Source of the DNA: Mustelus asterias
Lineage: Eukaryota
Direction of reading: 5' to 3'
Assembly: GCF_964213995.1 (NCBI RefSeq)
Contig: NC_135808.1
Span: 22,940,001 to 23,004,000, forward strand
DNA length: 64,000 bases
The translations under genes and the position numbers were made by a program. This document shows, in pieces, positions 23,901-35,900 of the stretch (position 1 is the stretch's first letter; each line of letters opens with the position of its first letter). A model generated the notes under the pieces. It was given only the letters and a program-made list of their open reading frames with translations, did not search any database and was not told where the DNA came from.

Positions 23901-26900
23901 CTCGAGCGGTGTTCATTTATCCGTTATCGTAGCGTCTGCATGGTCTCCCCAATGTACCATGTCTCGAGACATCCTTTCCTGCAATGTATCAGGTAGACAA
24001 CGTTGGCCGAGTTGCAAGTGTATGTACCATGTACCTGGTGGATGATGTTCTCACGTGAGATGATGGCATCCGTGTTGATGATCCGGCACATCTTGCAGAG
24101 GTTGCTGTGGCAGGGTTGTGTGGTGTCGTGGTCACTGTTCTCCTGAAGGCTGGGTAGTTTGCTGCAGACAATGGTCTGTTTGAGGTTGTGCAGTTGTTTG
24201 AAGGCAACTGAGCACACCCTGTGTATACGGAGGGCCTGTCTGTAGGGGATGGCTTCTTTAACGTGTTTAGGGTGGAAGCTGGGGAAGTGGAGCATCGTGA
24301 GGTTATCCGTGGGCTTGCGGTACAGTGAAGTGCTGAGGTGACCGTCCTTGATGGAGATGCGTGTGTCCAAGAGTGCAAGCAATTCTGGATAGTCCATGGT
24401 GAGTCTGATGGTGGGATAGAACTTGTTGATGACATCATATCATTGTTTCAGTGACTGTTCGCCATGAATCCAAAGGAAGAAAATGTCATCGATGTATTTA
24501 GTGTATAGCGTTGGTTGAAGGTCCTGAGCATCCCACGATGCTCCACTTCTCCAGCTTCCACCCTAAACACGTTAAAGCAGCCATCCCCTACGGACAAGCC
24601 CTCCGTATTCACAGGATCTGCTCAGATGAGGAGGATCGCAACAGACACCTCCAGACGCTGAAAGATGCCCTCATAAGGACAGGATATGGCGCTCGACTAA
24701 TTGATCGACAGTTCCGATGCGCCACAGCGAAAAACCGCACCGACCTCCTCAGAAGACAAACATGGGACACGGCGGACAAAGTACCCTTCGTCGTCCAGTA
24801 CTTCCCCGGAGTGGAGAAGCTACGACATCTTCTCCGGAGCCTTCAACATGTCATCGATGAAGACGAACATCTTGCCAAGGCCATTCCCACACCCCCACTT
24901 CTTGCCTTCAAACAACCGCACAACCTCAAACAGACCATTGTCCGCATCAAACTACCCAGCCTTCAGGAGAACAGTGACCACGACACCACACAACCCTGCC
25001 ACAGCCACTCTGCAAGACGCGGATGCTATCATCTCACGTGAGAACACCATCCACCAGGTACACGGTACATACACTTTCAACTCGGCCAACGTTGTCTACC
25101 TGATACGTTGCAGGAAAGGATGTCCCGAGGCATGGTACATTGGGGAAACCATGCAGACACTACGACAACAGATGAATGAACACCGCTCGACAATCACCAG
25201 GCAAGACTGTTCTCTTCCTGTTGGGGAAGACTTCAGCAGTCACGGGCATTCTGCCTCTGATATTCGGGTAAGCGTTCTCCAAGGCGGCCTTCACGACACA
25301 CGACAACGCAGAATTGCTGAGCAGAGACTGATCGCCAAGTTCCGCACACATGAGGACGGCCTCAACCGGGATCTTGGGTTCGTGTCACACTATCTGTGAG
25401 CCCCACGACTTGCCTGGGCTTGCAAAATCTCATTAACTGTCCTGGCTGGAGACAATACACATCCCTTTAACCTGTGCTTAACGCTCTCTCCACTCACATT
25501 GTCTGTACCTTTAAGACTTGATTACCTGTAAAGACTCGCATTCCAACCATTATTTTGTAAATTGAGTTTGTGTCTTTATATGCCCTGTTTGTGAACAGAA
25601 CTCCCACTCACCTGGCGAAGGAGCAGTGCTCTGAAAGCTAGTGGCTTCTGCTACCAAATAAACCTGTTGGACTTTAACCTGGTGTTGTGAGACTTCTTAC
25701 TGTGTTTACCCCAGTCCAACACCGGCATCTCCACATCATGACTACCGTAATATCCCATGATACACTGTATTATGTCATACTGAGAAATCCCAGGTTACTC
25801 TGGGCCTTGTCATTCTGTAGTTTCCCAGGACTCAATGGGGCATGTTTCATATCAAATCCTCGACGTACAATTAATTTGCACTAATGGCCATTGTATATTA
25901 TGCATGGAAAATTAATATTTATTTCCCTCTCTCTGTATCTGGGCTGACAGCTCAGCACTGACCCTCCCCTCCTGTGATCCTGGTCTGAGGCTGGGTCCTC
26001 TCTAACAGTGAGAAACAGTCTTACCGTAAATCACCACCAGTGTCTCCTTCATCCCGCTGTGTTCCACCCGACAGGAATACTCGGCCTGGTCCTCTGGATC
26101 AAACTCGACCCATTTCCGGATCTGGTAGGTGCTGTCGGGATTGGGTAAGATCCCAGTGGACAGAGTCTCATCAATCACCACTCCGTCTCTCCACAGATTC
26201 ACCTCGATGGCTTGAGGGTAAAACCCGGTGACGGCACAGGACAGCCGGTTAGAATCACCCAGACGGGTAAAGGACACGACGGGGGCAACTGAGAGAGAAA
26301 GAAAGAGGAGTCAGTACAGGAACTTCGAGATAGAGAGTCCCGGCATCACCCCCTTCACCGACTCTCACTCCCCCCCTCACTCACCGACTCTCACTCCCCC
26401 CTCACTCACCGACTCTCACTCCCCCTCTCACTCACCGACTCTCACTCCCCCCTCACTCACCGACTCTCACTCCCCCCTCACTCACCGACTCTCACTCCCC
26501 CCTCACTCACCGACTCTCACTCCCCCGTCACTCACCGACTCTCACTCCCCCGTCACTCACCGACTCTCACTCCCCCCTCGCTCACCGACTCTCACTCCCC
26601 CCTCACTCACCGACTCTCACTCCCCCCTCACTCACCGACTCTCACTCCCCCCTCACTCACCGACTCTCACTCCCCGACTCCCACCTCACTCACCGACTCC
26701 CACTCCCCCCTCACTCACCGACTCTCACTCCCCCCCCACTCAGCGACTCTCACTCCCCCCTCACTCACCGACTCTCCCTCCCCCTCACTCACCGACTCTC
26801 ACTCCCCCTCATTCACCGACTCTCACTCCCCCCTCACTCACCGACTCTCACTCCCCCCTCACTCACCCCTCACTCACCAACTCTCCCTCCCCCTCACTCA

Positions 26901-29900
26901 CCGACTCTCACTCCCTCCTCACTCACCGACTCTCAGAAGTTTTTGTCCATATTTCAGATATTTCCTCAGCCATTCGATACACTCCCCCTCCAGGTAATGT
27001 TTAAATCGCCTTTTGACGATGACATCCTGATCCCAGATGTTTTTGATGCTCTCCCCCCAGGGGACCGGAGTCACCCACACCATGTGATCCTTGTCGAAGC
27101 TGATAAAATCTTGTCCATTCCACGCGTACTGGTTGAATCCACTTGTGGTCCCATCATCGCTCAGTTCACAGCCAGTCATCATCTGGAAGACATGGATCCC
27201 TGTGGATCAGAAACACAAACAGCCAATCAGTGCCAGTCCCAATGGGAGATCCCACCTCCACAGCCAATCATAGCCAGTCCCACTGATTGGCCCCACCCTC
27301 TGTAGAAACAGCGAATCAAATCCAGTTACACTGAGAGGCGCTTCCCACTACATAGTAGACTGCCAATCAGAGCCAGTTACACAGAGCGGGCCCATGTCCG
27401 ACATGCACATCCAATCAGAGCCAGTCTCACTTGGACATAATCCCTCCACACACACAGCCAATCACATTTACTGTCACATCTCCAATCGCAGCCAATCAGC
27501 CTCTGGCTCCCAGCTCCTGATCCACTCTGGGTTTCTCTTCATTACAAGCTGGATTTCTCTTCATTACAAGCTGGACCCCAAGAGCCAGGTCTGACAAAGT
27601 GTCATCCAGACCTGAAATGTTAGCTCTGTTCTCTCTCCACAGATGCTGTCAGACCTGCTGAGGTTTTCCAGCATTTTCTGTTTTGGATTCAGATTCCAGC
27701 ATCCGCAGTATTCTGCTTTTATATATGGGGCAGAGTGAGGACTCACCTCCTGTCTGGTTGGTCCGGGACATGAGGGTCGGAATACTAGTTTTGAAATGCA
27801 TCTCCCCCTCCCGTACGAGCATCATCTTCTGCTCCCAAAACTCAGACCCATCGCCCTCCACCATCCACCGCTCCGGGTGAATCACCTCCTTCCGATCACT
27901 GTCATATGTCACAAACTGGATATCGTCCACATAACCGACAACCACAAACTCCGGGAAACCCGGGATTGGAGTCATTCCCGTGAGGAAATACCGGAGAGAG
28001 TGAGAGCCTGAAATATAGAGAAAGAGAGAGACATCAGGGTGTGAACCCCAAAACACCAACACCCAGAGAGAGAGACATCAGGGTGTGAACCCCAACATAC
28101 CAACACCCAGAGAGTGAGAGACATCAGGGTGTGAACCCCAAAACACCAACACCCAGAGAGAGAGAGAGAGAGACATCAGGGTGTGAACACCAAAACACCA
28201 ACACCCAGAGAGAGAGAGACATCAGGGTGTGAACCCCAACATACCAACACCCAGAGAGTGAGAGACATCAGGGTGTGAACCCAAAACACCAACACCCAGA
28301 GAGAGAGAGACATCAGGGTGTGAACGCCAACATACCAACACCCAGAGAGTGAGAGACATCAGGGTGTGAACCCCAAAACCCAACACCCAGAGAGAGAGAG
28401 AGAGACATCAGGGTGTGAACCCCAAAACACCAACACCCAGAGAGAGAGAGAGAGACATCAGGGTGTGAACACCAGAACCAGAGCGTTGTGCCCCATTGAC
28501 CTGGTAAAATCCACCTCACTGATATTTGTGTCAAAATTGGAGAACTCTTCAACAATCTGGTGAAACAACAGTCTGACAGAGTTATACTCACTGTGACACA
28601 CGATGTGAAAGGTCGCAACCACCCTCCCCATCCCTGGTTATGGCCTATCTCACTGGCAGGGTGAACTCGAGGGGTGACCAGTCTCATTGGCAGGGTGAAC
28701 CCGGGGATGACCTGTCTCAGTGGCAGGCTGTTTCCAGGGATGACCTGTCTCACTGGCAGCGTGTATCCGGGAATGATCTGTCTCACTGGCAGGGTGGATC
28801 TGGGTGTGACCTGTCTCACTGACATGGTGTTTCCGGGGATGACCTGTCGAAGTGGCAGGGTGTACCCGGGGATGACCTGTCTCACTGGCAGGGTGGATCT
28901 GGGTGTGAGCTGTCTCACTGGCAGGGTGTATCCGGGGATGACCTGTCTCACTGGCAGGGTGGATCTGGGTATGACCTGTCTCACTGGCAGGGTGGACCCA
29001 CCAGACGCTTTGGCACAGTAATCTTCACTGGGAATGGCGTTCCCCTTAGAAACGTTTCTGGACCCGATGAGGTCTCAGGTATTCAGTCAAACTTCGGCAG
29101 CAAAACCTCTATTTGATTGTTACCGAAAATCCTCCCCCAGCTGAGGAATCAGTATCTCTCCATGTTCAACACTCCTTGGAAAAAACACTAAGGGAGATGA
29201 GGACTCAGACTCTACTCTGGGTGGGGCTTGAATGTCCTTCCCTCAGAGTGACTCAGGAATATAACTGCAGACTGAGCAGTCCGAGTCCGGAATGATACAT
29301 CTGTGACTTAGCCTGTGGCCTTTCCTGTGAAAATAAGGAGTGTGATGCCTCTGTAGTTGTCGCAGGCTCCTCGATTAGTCTTCTCTGCAGCATATTGTCT
29401 GTAAACAGTGTGATGGAACTCAGTCTATTTTCCAGCAGAGGGAGCTGCTCATAAAGGTGTGGGAATTGATGGCTCTTTTCCTGCTGGGATTCCATTCTTG
29501 CCAAGAGCCTTTCCGTTCACTAAGCAGCCTAACCAGCCTTCTCAAGCTCAAGTGGTGAAATCAAGTGAACACTATTCCTTGAGCTGTCAACAAAAGTGAG
29601 GTTAGCACTGCTGCCTCACAGCGCCAGGGACCCAGTTTCAATTCTGGCCTTGGGTGACTGTCCCTGTGGAGTTTGCACATTCTCTCCGTGGGTGTGGTTA
29701 AGATATTCTGTCAGAGGGTTGGTGGAGACTCAATGGGTTCCTTCTGCACTGTCGGGATTCTCTGATTCTTCCTCTAACTCATTCACCACAGGAGAATATC
29801 TAGGGGGTGGACTGGGAGATGGACTGGGGGCAACTTTGGTGAGGGCAGAGACATGAACCTTCTTGATCCTTCCTGCACAGCTCACAGGTTGCTATTGTCA

Positions 29901-30208
29901 CAGGAAGTTTAGATTTCTTGATGCATGTGGTGTATTCCTCCAAACCCTCCCTCTCTCGGTCTCTCTCTTAACTCTCCAGCCTCATGTCCCTGCCCTTATT
30001 TCCCTCACAATCTACAATTTTGCTCCTTCTACAGACCCAGTACCCAGTCAGATATTGTTCCTCTCACACCCCATCACTCACTGACCCAGGGTTAATGCCC
30101 CAGTACCCAGCCTGACATTGCCCCTCTCACACCACATCGCTCACCTGTAGACACCTCTCCACACAGAAGGACCAGCTCTATCAGTCCAATCATTGTTGCT
30201 TCCCTCAT
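20638..30208 (-). CDS. MHC class I heavy chain, nonclassical-like (locus B), 7 exons, 348 aa
   Basis: Exons 30145-30208, 27747-28007, 26927-27199, 26025-26288, 21571-21675, 20965-20997, 20638-20684. All junctions are phase-1 GT-AG with no internal stop. Motifs: GSHSLRYF, RTNQT sequon, alpha2 Cys pair, C1-set Ig alpha3. Confidence 0.92.
21440..21550 (+). mobile_element. Rex1/Babar-like RT fragment in intron 5 of B (paralog at 57052-57160 in D)
   Basis: Translates to IMK*FERLVMARINSSLPDCLDPLQF; absent from locus C. Confidence 0.65.
21571..21675 (-). CDS. Locus B exon 5, transmembrane
   Basis: EPKSRSQVAVTVGIVVGVLVLITLIIVAVVIYNKK, AG/GT bounded. Confidence 0.88.
21870..23270 (-). mobile_element. 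Old CR1 in intron 4, shared by B, C (37740-39045) and D (55365-56640)
   Basis: Degenerate RT remnants (QHG, PQGSVLG, FADD-like). Confidence 0.75.
23363..25739. mobile_element. Penelope-like element: two partial copies in inverted orientation in intron 4 of B
   Basis: RT thumb (YRKPT, HP..K.AIPYGQALR), Cys-rich linker, GIY-YIG endonuclease (VVYLIRC...WYIGET), inverted termini. Confidence 0.9.
23448..23484 (-). ncRNA. Minimal hammerhead-ribozyme motif with intact core
   Basis: UCAC-CUGAUGA-A-GGGGC(AGU)GCUCC-GAAA-GC-UU-GUGG. Confidence 0.62.
26025..26288 (-). CDS. Locus B exon 4, alpha3 Ig C1 domain
   Basis: LSCAVTGFYP...W...YSCRVEH, 264 nt. Confidence 0.93.
26352..26926. repeat. 25-bp intron-3 minisatellite, locus B
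   Basis: About 23 units, G-rich on the sense strand. Confidence 0.95.
26927..27199 (-). CDS. Locus B exon 3, alpha2 domain
   Basis: GIHVFQMMTGCEL...YLEGECIEWLRKYL...RV, 273 nt. Confidence 0.93.
27588..27722 (+). mobile_element. Short interspersed element in intron 2 of B, possibly Penelope-related, with a decayed hammerhead-like head
   Basis: ctgacaaagtgtcatccagacctgaaatgtt; related fragment at about 32002-32026; absent from the paralogous introns. Confidence 0.5.
27747..28007 (-). CDS. Locus B exon 2, alpha1 domain
   Basis: TTTCAG|GSHSLRYFLTGMTPIPGFPEF...MSRTNQTG|GTGAGT, 261 nt. Confidence 0.93.
28022..28472. repeat. ~46-bp minisatellite next to the exon-2 acceptor of B
   Basis: 10 copies of ACATCAGGGTGTGAAC with (AG)n spacers. 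Confidence 0.93.
28645..29000. repeat. 33-bp minisatellite in intron 1 of B
   Basis: GACCTGTCTCACTGGCAGGGTG units. Confidence 0.9.
30145..30208 (-). CDS. Locus B exon 1, leader peptide
   Basis: MREATMIGLIELVLLCGEVST then CAG|GTGAGC; the second in-frame ATG at 30193 may be the true start. Confidence 0.8.
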
Positions 30209-30315
30209 GTTGGGAGAAACAATTGGAGGAAACTCTTTTTCAAAGAAAGGCCATTTTCCCAACTCACTCCTTCTGTCTTTTCCTGTTCGCACTGAGCCTC
30301 AATCCTATTTTGGAG

Positions 30316-30361
30316 CCAATCAGAATAAAGAGATTCAGTGAGTCATCAGTCTCCGGCAGAA
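30316..30361 (-). promoter_or_regulatory. X-Y promoter module, locus B (S-like box altered)
   Basis: TGACTCA at 30339-30345 and CTGATTGG at 30316-30323 on the minus strand. Confidence 0.65.
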
Positions 30362-30489
30362 AACAATTTCTCAAACAAGCTGCCTCAATTACATTGTCCA
30401 ATCAGGTAAATACAGCTGATGACATCATGAGTTGCCGGGTAGAATCAGCTAAAAGGAATTTGATACAGTGACAGAGGGAAGGACATCAA

Positions 30490-31380
30490 GTCCCGGTAGC
30501 ATCCGAGTAAATCTCTTCTGCACTCTTTCTAGTTTAATAATATCCTTTCTATAATAGGGTGACCAGAACTGTACACAGTATTCCAAGTGTGGTCTTACCA
30601 ATGTCTTGTAGAACTTTAGCAAGTCCAAAGATGTGCGGGTTAGGTTGATTGGCCATGCTAAAATTGCCCCTTAGTGTCCTGAGATGTGTAGGTTAGAGGG
30701 ATTAGCGGGTAAATATGTAGGGATATGGGGGCAGGGCCTGGGTGGGATTGTGGTCAGTGCAGAATCGATGGGCCGAATGGCCTCCTTCTGCACTGTAGGA
30801 TTTCTTTGATTTCTATGACATCACAACTCCTGTATTCAATATTCAATATTCTGACCGATGAAACCAAGCATGCCGAATGTCTTTTCACCACTCTGTCCAC
30901 CTATGAACATGTACCCCCAGATCTCTTTGTTCTGTAACTCTCCCCAACGCCCTACCATTAACTGACTAAGTCCTGCCCTGGTTCGATCGACCAAAATGCA
31001 TCACTGGCATTTATCTAAATTAAACTCCATCTGCCAATCATCAGCCCACTGGCCCAATTGATCAAGATCCCGCTGCAATCCTAGATAACCTTCTTCACTG
31101 TCCACTATGCCACCAATCTTGGTGTCATCTGCAAACTTATTAACCACGCCTACTAAATTCTCATCCAAATCATTGATATAAATGACAAATAACAGTGGAC
31201 CCAACACCGATCCCTGAGGCACATCACTGGTCACAGGCGTCCAGTTTGAAAAACAACCCTCTACAACTACCCTCTGTCTTCTGTCATCAAGCCAATTTTG
31301 TATCCATTTGGCTCCCTCACCCTGGATGCCGTGAGATTTAACCTTTTGCAATAACCTACTGTGTGGTACCTTGTCAATGG
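30490..31380 (-). mobile_element. CR1 fragment with a nested SINE 3' part (30622-30815)
   Basis: VPQGSVLGPLLF...FADDTK. Confidence 0.85.
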
Positions 31381-32095
31381 CCTGAAGGATGGACATGTAT
31401 CAATTTAAAGGCCTTCTGGCAGGCTGGGTTCAGCAGAGTGATGTCTGTCTGGGCCAGTGTGAATGCGCAGAAGGCCATATTGTGTTGGCAGGAGACAAAG
31501 TGTAACCCCACACTGACCCCCGTTACACCCCATCTGCCACCTTGCAGCCCATCCGCTTAACTTGTCCTAATCTCTTTGCAGCTGTCTATGTTCTCCATAC
31601 AGTTTGCATTCTTCCTCATATGTAAATCCCTCATACCCGGGATCAACCGAGTGAACATGTTCTGGACTGCCTTCAACACCAGTACATCTTTCCTTATATA
31701 AGGGGACCAAAAATATTCACACTATTCCAGATGTGGTGTAACTAGTCTTTAGCAAGACTTCCCTATTTTGTACTCCATTCCCTTTTAAATAAAGGCAAAC
31801 ATTCCATTTATCTTCCCTCATATCTGCTGAATTGGCGTGCTGGCTTTCTGTGATTTAGGTATGAAGGCTCCTACATTCTTCTGTGCTTCCTTTCTCCCTT
31901 CAAATTAAATTCAGCTCCTTTATTCTTCGTACCAAATGAATAACTTTACATTTTCTGACAGGATATTTCACCCGCCACATTTTTGCCCACTCACTGAACC
32001 TGATCCAGACTCGAAACGTTGGCTCACACTGAAGCAGGATTAGGAGAATTCATCAAGATCCCTATTAGTCATCACCCGAATATAATCAGCAGCAT

Positions 32096-32700
32096 GGGTG
32101 GGATTCTCAAAAAAAAAGTGTCGAATTCACAATTTTTTCAGTGGGATTTTGGAAATGAATCTCCCACACTCTGCATCACGGAGTACACTTGTGCGAATCT
32201 CGCTAAAAATCAGTGGGCAGGGACTATTCTCGCTGGAGAGGCCGGCAGCAGAGTGTTGAACAGGCCACTGCGCATGCACGATCGCTCAGTGCCGAGATTG
32301 GCGCATGCGCAGTAGCCCCGCACTGCGAACCTCCCGATCGCTGGCCAACTCATTCGCTGGGGGGCCAGGCTGGCACCGACAAGCTGGCAATGCCCAGGAG
32401 GGGGAACCCTTTCTACCCCCGCCCCCTTCACTCCACTGGGGTCAGGCCGCCAGCAAGTGGGGATCTGTTGTGAACCCGACTGGGGTGAAACACTCCTGGC
32501 GGGACGCGGGGGTGGAGACGCTGGCGGGCCCGGAGAATTCCGTCCCAGGCCCGCTAATTAGATTGAAATCATGATTTAAATAAATGATACAGCTCCGCGC
32601 CGGAAATCCGGCGTGCAGCGGGAAGCTCGCCGCACGGCCCCCGCTATAGTCTCCGTGCACCCTGCGCTGCTAAAGTAGCACAATGCGCTGGGAGAATCGC
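32096..32700. mobile_element. Putative non-autonomous DNA transposon abutting the locus C promoter
   Basis: Imperfect TIRs (GGGTGGGATTCTC / GGGAGAATCGC), CpG-rich. Confidence 0.55.
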
Positions 32701-32744
32701 AACACATTTCTTTACCACAATTAAACACAAAGTTTGTTTCCCAA

Positions 32745-32805
32745 TCAGCTTTGTGTCTATTCTGCCGGAGACTAATGACTCACACAATGTTTTTATTCTG
32801 ATTGG
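32745..32805 (+). promoter_or_regulatory. SXY-like promoter module, locus C
   Basis: TGACTCA 32776-32782 and CTGATTGG 32798-32805, conserved although the flanks diverge from the paralogs. Confidence 0.7.
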
Positions 32806-32919
32806 TGCAATTGTATTTTAAGTCCAATCAGTTTGCAGTAAGTTACCGGAACAGGAACACCTTTTCCTGTAAATACAGGACACAGCTAACGGGCTGAGAA
32901 CTCCAAATGTTTCCCCAAC

Positions 32920-32983
32920 ATGAGGGAAGCAGCAATGATTGGACTGATAGAGCTGGTCCTTCTGTGTGGAGAGGTGTCTGCAG
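32920..32983 (+). CDS. Locus C exon 1, leader peptide
   Basis: MREAAMIGLIELVLLCGEVSA then CAG|GTGAGT. Confidence 0.8.
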
Positions 32984-35900
32984 GTGAGTGATGGGGTGTG
33001 AGAGGGGCAATGCCAGACTGGGTACTGGAGCATTAACCCTGGGTCAGTGAGTGATGGGGTGTGAGAGGGGCAATGCCAGGCTGGGTACTGGAGCATTAAC
33101 CCTGGGTCAGTGAGTGATGGGGTGTGAGAGGGGCAATGCCAGGCTGGGTACTGGAGCATTAACCCTGGGTCAGTGAGTGATGGGGTGTGAGAGGGGCAAT
33201 GCCAGGCTGGGTACTGGAGCATTAACCCTGGGTCAGTGAGTGATGGGGTGTGAGAGGGGCAATGCCAGACTGGGTACTGGGGCATTAACCCTGGGTCAGT
33301 GAGTGATGGGGTGTGAGAGGGGCAATGTCAGGCTGGGTACTGGGTTTCTTAAAGGAGGGAAACTGGGATGTGAGGGAACTGAGAGCAGGGATGTGGGATT
33401 GGAGATCGAGGAGAGAGACAGAGAGAGGGAGAGGTTGAAGGATTACAGGAACAGGAGGGGAATAATCTAAACTCCATTTTCTGCATCCCCACAAAGATCC
33501 ATCTCAATTTTGAAAGCTGCAATTGATCCACAACAGCTGCAGCTTCTTGCGGGAAAGAGGATTTCAGATTTCCACAACCATTTTGGTGAGGAGGTTCCTG
33601 GCTAAAGACAGCAGGCAGCAACCAGGAAAGAGAGAGTGAGTGTAGATGAATAGCAGAGACTGGTTCAAGGCTTCAGCAACAGTGCACGATTAGAGAGAGA
33701 GAGAGAGAGCAGCAGAAGTATAGTGTCATAGAATCCCTGCAGTGCAAAAGAAGGCTATTTATCCCATCGAATCTGCACTGAGAACAATCCCACCTGGGCC
33801 CTATTCCCGTAACCCCATGTATTCATCCTGCTAATCATCTTGACACTAAGGGGCAATTTAGCATGGCCCATCAACCGAACCCGCACATCTTTTGAATGTG
33901 GGAAGAAACCGGAGAACCTGGAGGAAACCTACGGGGAGAACGTACAAACTCCACGCAGACAGTCACCCGAGGCCGGAATTGAACCCGGGTCCCTGGTGCT
34001 ATGAGGCAGCAGTGCTAACCACTCTGCCACCGTGCTACCCATATAATCAGACCCAGTAAAAGACTCCCAGCAGCAATGCATGAATAGCGAGAGAGTGTGT
34101 GTAAAGGAATAGCACAGGCCTAGTTAGGGACTCCAGCAGCAATGCACAATTGGAGAGTGATGGGGAGGGAGGAGAAATCAGACCTGGCTGGAGACTCCAG
34201 CATTTCTACAATTCCTTAGCTGATGTCCTGAGGAAGATTCTGGATGACTGGAGTCTTTTCAGCCTAAGTGACTTCAACAATGTGTTGGGACAGACAGTAA
34301 TCATGGCCATTGTGCCTCGGTCATCACGGTGTGGGCAAGATCATCGATAATTATATTTGACCGAATGCATGGGACTTCTGTGCTGAGGACTCTCAGGGGA
34401 ACTGTATTGTGGAAGCACATCACTGCACCAATACCTCTGGTGGGCCTGTTGTGTGAGTCAGACAGTTATATCCAGCTTCTAAGCACCTTCTGGAGCTTTG
34501 CCATCTGAATGAACTCTCCATCACCAACACTTACCCCCAGGGCAAACATTGCCTCAAAGTATCGTGGCATCGCTCAAGGTGTAACCCTGGCACCAACTAG
34601 ACCTGCGTAATCAAGAGGAGACACAATCTGCCCAGCTTTCTCCACACCCACACCAATCACAGAGCAGATTGTGATAGTGCCCACTGTCCTGTCCGTCGCA
34701 GTGTGAAACTGCATCCCTGAATAATTCACAGTCCCAAACACCATGGCCTGTCGCGTGTTAATGGGTTCGTACCCTGATGTCCCTCTCTGTGTGGGTGTTG
34801 ATGGTTAGGGGTTCAAACCCTGATATCTGTGTGTCAGCGTTTTTAGGGTGCATATCCTGAATTTCTCTCCCTCTCTGTTTTTCAGGCTCTCACTCTCTGC
34901 GGTATTTCCTCTCGGGAATGACCCCGGTCCCCGGTTTCCCGGAGTTTGTAGCTGTCGGTTATGTGGACGATGTCCAGTTTGTTGTGTACGACAGTGATCG
35001 GAGGGAACTAATCCCCCGGGAGCAGTGGATGGTGGAGAGCGAGGGGCTTGAGTCCTGGGAGCGGAAGAAGATGCTTGTACAGGAGCAGGAACGGTATTCC
35101 AAAGCCGATATTCCGCTCTTCATGTCTCGGGCCAACCAGTCAGGAGGTGAGTGCTCACTCTCCCACAACTCTGGGATCAAGTTGGTCAATGTGACTCCTG
35201 CCAGTGTAGTTGGCATTGATTGGCTGTGTGTGTGGTGCTCCCAAGTGACACTGTCTCTGATTGGTTGTTTGTGTTTCTGATCCACAGGGATCCATGTCTA
35301 CCAGACGATGACTGGCTGTGACCTGAGGGATGGTGGGACCACGAGTGGATTCAACCAGTTTGGGTGGGACGGAAAAGATTTTATCAGCTTTGACAAGGAT
35401 CACATGGTGTGGGTGACCCCGATCACATGGGGAGAGATCATCAAAAACAATTTGGACAGGGACATAGCCAACAGCAAGGGATGGAAAAGTTACCTAGAGG
35501 GAGAGTGTATCGAGTGGCTGAAGAAATATCTGGAGTATGGACAGAGAGAACTGAGAGTTGGTGAGTTGGTAAGTGAGAGATGAGATGCCCGGGACTCTCT
35601 ATCTCAAGGTTCCTGTACTGACTCCTCTTTCTTTCTCTCTCAGTTGCCCCCGTCGTGTCCTTTACCCGTCTGGGTGATTCTAACCAGCTGTCCTGTGCCG
35701 TCACCGGGTTTTACCCTCAAGCCATCGAGGTGAATCTGTGGAGAGATGGAGTGGTGATTGATGAGACTCTGTCCACTGGGATCTTACCCAATCACGACAG
35801 CACCTACCAGATCCGGAAATGGGTAGAGTTTGATCCAGAGGACCAGGCCGGGTATTCCTGTCGGGTGGAACACAGCGGGATGAAGGAGACACTGGTGGTG

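Noticed and set aside
25608-25644. Active hammerhead ribozyme
   Set aside because: Catalytic core is mutated (CUGGCGA)
28313-28984. 223-aa repetitive ORF (and 47843-48433)
   Set aside because: Derived from the 33-bp and 39-bp minisatellites
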